Origin: a virus
Taxonomy: Duplodnaviria > Heunggongvirae > Uroviricota > Caudoviricetes
Direction: 5' to 3' (one strand)
Length of the DNA stretch: 18,913 bases
Virus record (IMG/VR): IMGVR_UViG_3300028969_000096
Coordinates: 1-18,913 of that record
Part shown: piece after piece, positions 17,032 through 18,913 of the stretch
How positions within the stretch are numbered: position 1 is the stretch's first letter
Layout: each line of letters starts with the position of its first letter
The notes under the pieces: model-generated
Told to the model about the DNA's origin: nothing
What the model saw: only the letters and a program-made list of their open reading frames with translations
The model's database searches: none
Made by a program: the position numbers and the translations under genes

Positions 17032-17087
17032 TTAACCCCTTGTAATTCATCGCCATAATTGATTTAATTCACAAATAAAACTATAAC

Positions 17088-17756
17088 ATGGTGAAATTAA
17101 TGAAAAAAAACACAGATGATGGGGCTAAAATTTACACACCACTTACCCTAAAGCTTTATGACTGGTGGGTTTTGGGAGTATCAAATCGGCTTGCATGGGG
17201 ATGTCCTACAAAGGAACACCTTCTTCCACACTTTCTGGAACATTTAGGTAACAACCATCTGGATATTGGTGTTGGAACTGGGTTTTACCTTACTCACGTA
17301 CCTGAGAGTAGTCTGATATCTTTAATGGATTTGAACGAAGCTAGCCTGAACGCGGCATCTACAAGGGCTGGGGAATCAAAAATTAAACATAAAATTAGCC
17401 ATGATGTTTTTGAACCTTATCCCGCGGCGTTACATGGTCAATTTGATTCCATTTCCATGTTTTACCTTCTTCACTGCCTGCCTGGAAATATATCTACAAA
17501 AAGCTGTGTAATACGCAATGCGGCGCAGGCCTTAACTGACGATGGAACTCTATACGGAGCCACAATTCTTGGCGATGGAGTTGTGCACAATAGCTTCGGT
17601 CAAAAACTGATGCGCATTTACAATCAGAAAGGCATCTTTTCAAACACAAAAGATTCCGAAGAAGGCTTAACACATATACTCTCAGAGCATTTCGAGAATG
17701 TTAAAACCAAGGTTCAAGGTACTGTAGTAATGTTTTCCGCTTCAGGGAAAAAATAG
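17088..17756 (+). CDS. Class I SAM-dependent methyltransferase (YbcY-like)
   Basis: The motif LDIGVGTGFYL is a SAM-binding glycine-rich loop. The start may be the ATG at 17100, which has GGTGA 5 nt upstream. It sits between two tfa copies, as ybcY does in DLP12 from memory. Confidence 0.6.
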   Translation: MVKLMKKNTDDGAKIYTPLTLKLYDWWVLGVSNRLAWGCPTKEHLLPHFLEHLGNNHLDIGVGTGFYLTHVPESSLISLMDLNEASLNAASTRAGESKIKHKISHDVFEPYPAALHGQFDSISMFYLLHCLPGNISTKSCVIRNAAQALTDDGTLYGATILGDGVVHNSFGQKLMRIYNQKGIFSNTKDSEEGLTHILSEHFENVKTKVQGTVVMFSASGKK

Positions 17757-17810
17757 CATCCAACCGCAGCACGTTCTTGCTTAAGACGTGCTGCGGCATA
17801 ATCCCAATGA

Positions 17811-18395
17811 TTACTCCCTGACAGGGTTCGTAGGCCACTCAATATCAGGTGCAGTTGATGTATCAACACGGTTCAGCAACACCCGATACTTTTTCCAGGC
17901 TTCCAGCAATGAGGTTTCTTCCTCCGTTGCGATTTCCAGATCTACAGCATCCTGAAGTGGCGCAATATGCTCACTGGCTACCTGCATCAGGCTGTTTTTT
18001 ATTTCTTCCGCCTCTCGGATCCGGAACAGTTTTTCTGCTTCTGCATCTTTCACCCAGGCTGTGCCGTTCCACTTCTGAAACTCCCCTTCCGGCGATAACC
18101 AGGTAACATTTTCCGGTAACGGACCGAGTTCAGAAATAAATAACTCGCCCCCTGACGCTACGTCATAAACCGTTTTACCCCGATGGTCTTCAACGAGATG
18201 CCACGATGCCTCATCACTGTTGAAAACAGCCACAAAGCCAGCAGGAATATCTGGCGGTGCAATATAGGTGCTGTTTGCTGGCAGACCTGTATGAGGCGGA
18301 ATATATGCGTCACCTTCACCAATAAATTCATTAGTTCCGGCCAGCAGATTATAAATTTTTATGGTCCGTGGTTGTTCACTCATTCTGAATGCCAT
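17811..18395 (-). CDS. Tail-fibre assembly protein (Tfa)
   Basis: A 194-aa product containing the lambda Tfa family motifs ...[38 protein letters not shown]. Its start overlaps the stop of the upstream tail-fibre gene. Confidence 0.8.
   Translation of the reverse strand: MAFRMSEQPRTIKIYNLLAGTNEFIGEGDAYIPPHTGLPANSTYIAPPDIPAGFVAVFNSDEASWHLVEDHRGKTVYDVASGGELFISELGPLPENVTWLSPEGEFQKWNGTAWVKDAEAEKLFRIREAEEIKNSLMQVASEHIAPLQDAVDLEIATEEETSLLEAWKKYRVLLNRVDTSTAPDIEWPTNPVRE
17857..17977. repeat. Direct repeat, copy B (partner of 16807-16927)
   Basis: Seen in sequence, as for copy A. Confidence 0.7.
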
Positions 18396-18913
18396 TATGC
18401 AAGCCTCACAATATAGTTAAATGCAATGTTTTTGACGGTGTTTTCCGCGTTACCAGCAGCGTTAACGGTGATGGTGTGTCCATGTGAACCAATCGCAACG
18501 GAGTGCGTGTGTGCACCAATACCGACAGTATGTGCGTGTGCGCCTGCGCTTGCAGCAGTGCCGGACAGTGAGTGGGTGTGCGCGCCAGCAGAGTTCGTAT
18601 TCGCCATCGTACCAACGCCCAGACCAACCGCCCCTTGTACCTGGTATGAGTTACTTCCGACAGCTGTAGAACCATACTGATAGGTGTCTTTAAAAGTGCT
18701 TGTATTAAACCTGCGCCCATCAACGTGCGAGTGTGCTCCAGCCGAGCTTGTAGAGCCGCTCAGACTATGCGTATGAGCCCCGGTGTTATTCGTGGATTTA
18801 GTGCCGTAATCAAACGACGATGTGGTTTTCGTACCCAAATCCGTACTGGATGCGCTGGCGCTGTGGGTGTGCGATTTAATGCCGTCCTGTTCCTGAGACA
18901 ATACGGCACGACC
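18395..18913 (-). CDS. Side tail-fibre protein, C-terminal part (gene continues beyond the window end)
   Basis: The frame is open to the window edge. The product carries repeated GAHTHS / GAHSHV / GAHAHT / GSHGHT motifs, typical of lambdoid tail-fibre C-termini, and is followed by tfa. Confidence 0.65.
   Translation of the reverse strand, partial: GRAVLSQEQDGIKSHTHSASASSTDLGTKTTSSFDYGTKSTNNTGAHTHSLSGSTSSAGAHSHVDGRRFNTSTFKDTYQYGSTAVGSNSYQVQGAVGLGVGTMANTNSAGAHTHSLSGTAASAGAHAHTVGIGAHTHSVAIGSHGHTITVNAAGNAENTVKNIAFNYIVRLA

Noticed and set aside
18406-18723. Alternative-frame ORFs (18406-18723 -, 18426-18680 +, 18484-18669 +) within the tail-fibre C-terminal region
   Set aside because: They arise from the repetitive GC-rich sequence that encodes the His/Gly/Ala repeats of the tail fibre. 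The tail-fibre frame carries the recognisable motifs.

Overview
This window reads as mosaic lambdoid prophage DNA of an E. coli-like enterobacterium, split by a 45-nt 3' fragment of a tRNA-Arg(UCU) gene (13451-13495, minus strand) that looks like a prophage att core. Left of it (228-13435) is a lambdoid prophage remnant. Its minus-strand early-right operon runs cro-like, CII/YdaT-like, an O-like replication initiator with embedded iterons, a PerC-like regulator, a LexA-DNA-binding-domain-only protein, RusA, a KilA-N protein, a DUF968 protein and a Q antiterminator with a tR'-like terminator; the late genes are missing and the remnant abuts a lipocalin (Blc-like) gene fragment at 1-227. On the plus strand sit a cI-like repressor, a low-GC island carrying a ParA/MinD-like ATPase in the position lambda uses for rexAB, a GC-rich structured non-coding region, a block resembling the CPS-53 yfdPQRST genes, an excisionase-like gene and a tyrosine integrase. 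Right of the att fragment (13536-18913) are ompT, a secreted alpha/beta-hydrolase, and a tail-fibre remnant (tfa fragment, SAM methyltransferase, tfa, tail fibre C-terminus). That layout matches my memory of the right end of K-12 prophage DLP12. The most interesting candidates for undescribed biology are the ParA-like gene with its neighbouring structured island, the structured non-coding element upstream of the early-left operon, and the LexA-domain-only protein. All calls rest on reading the sequence and the supplied ORF track plus recalled family motifs; no database search was run.
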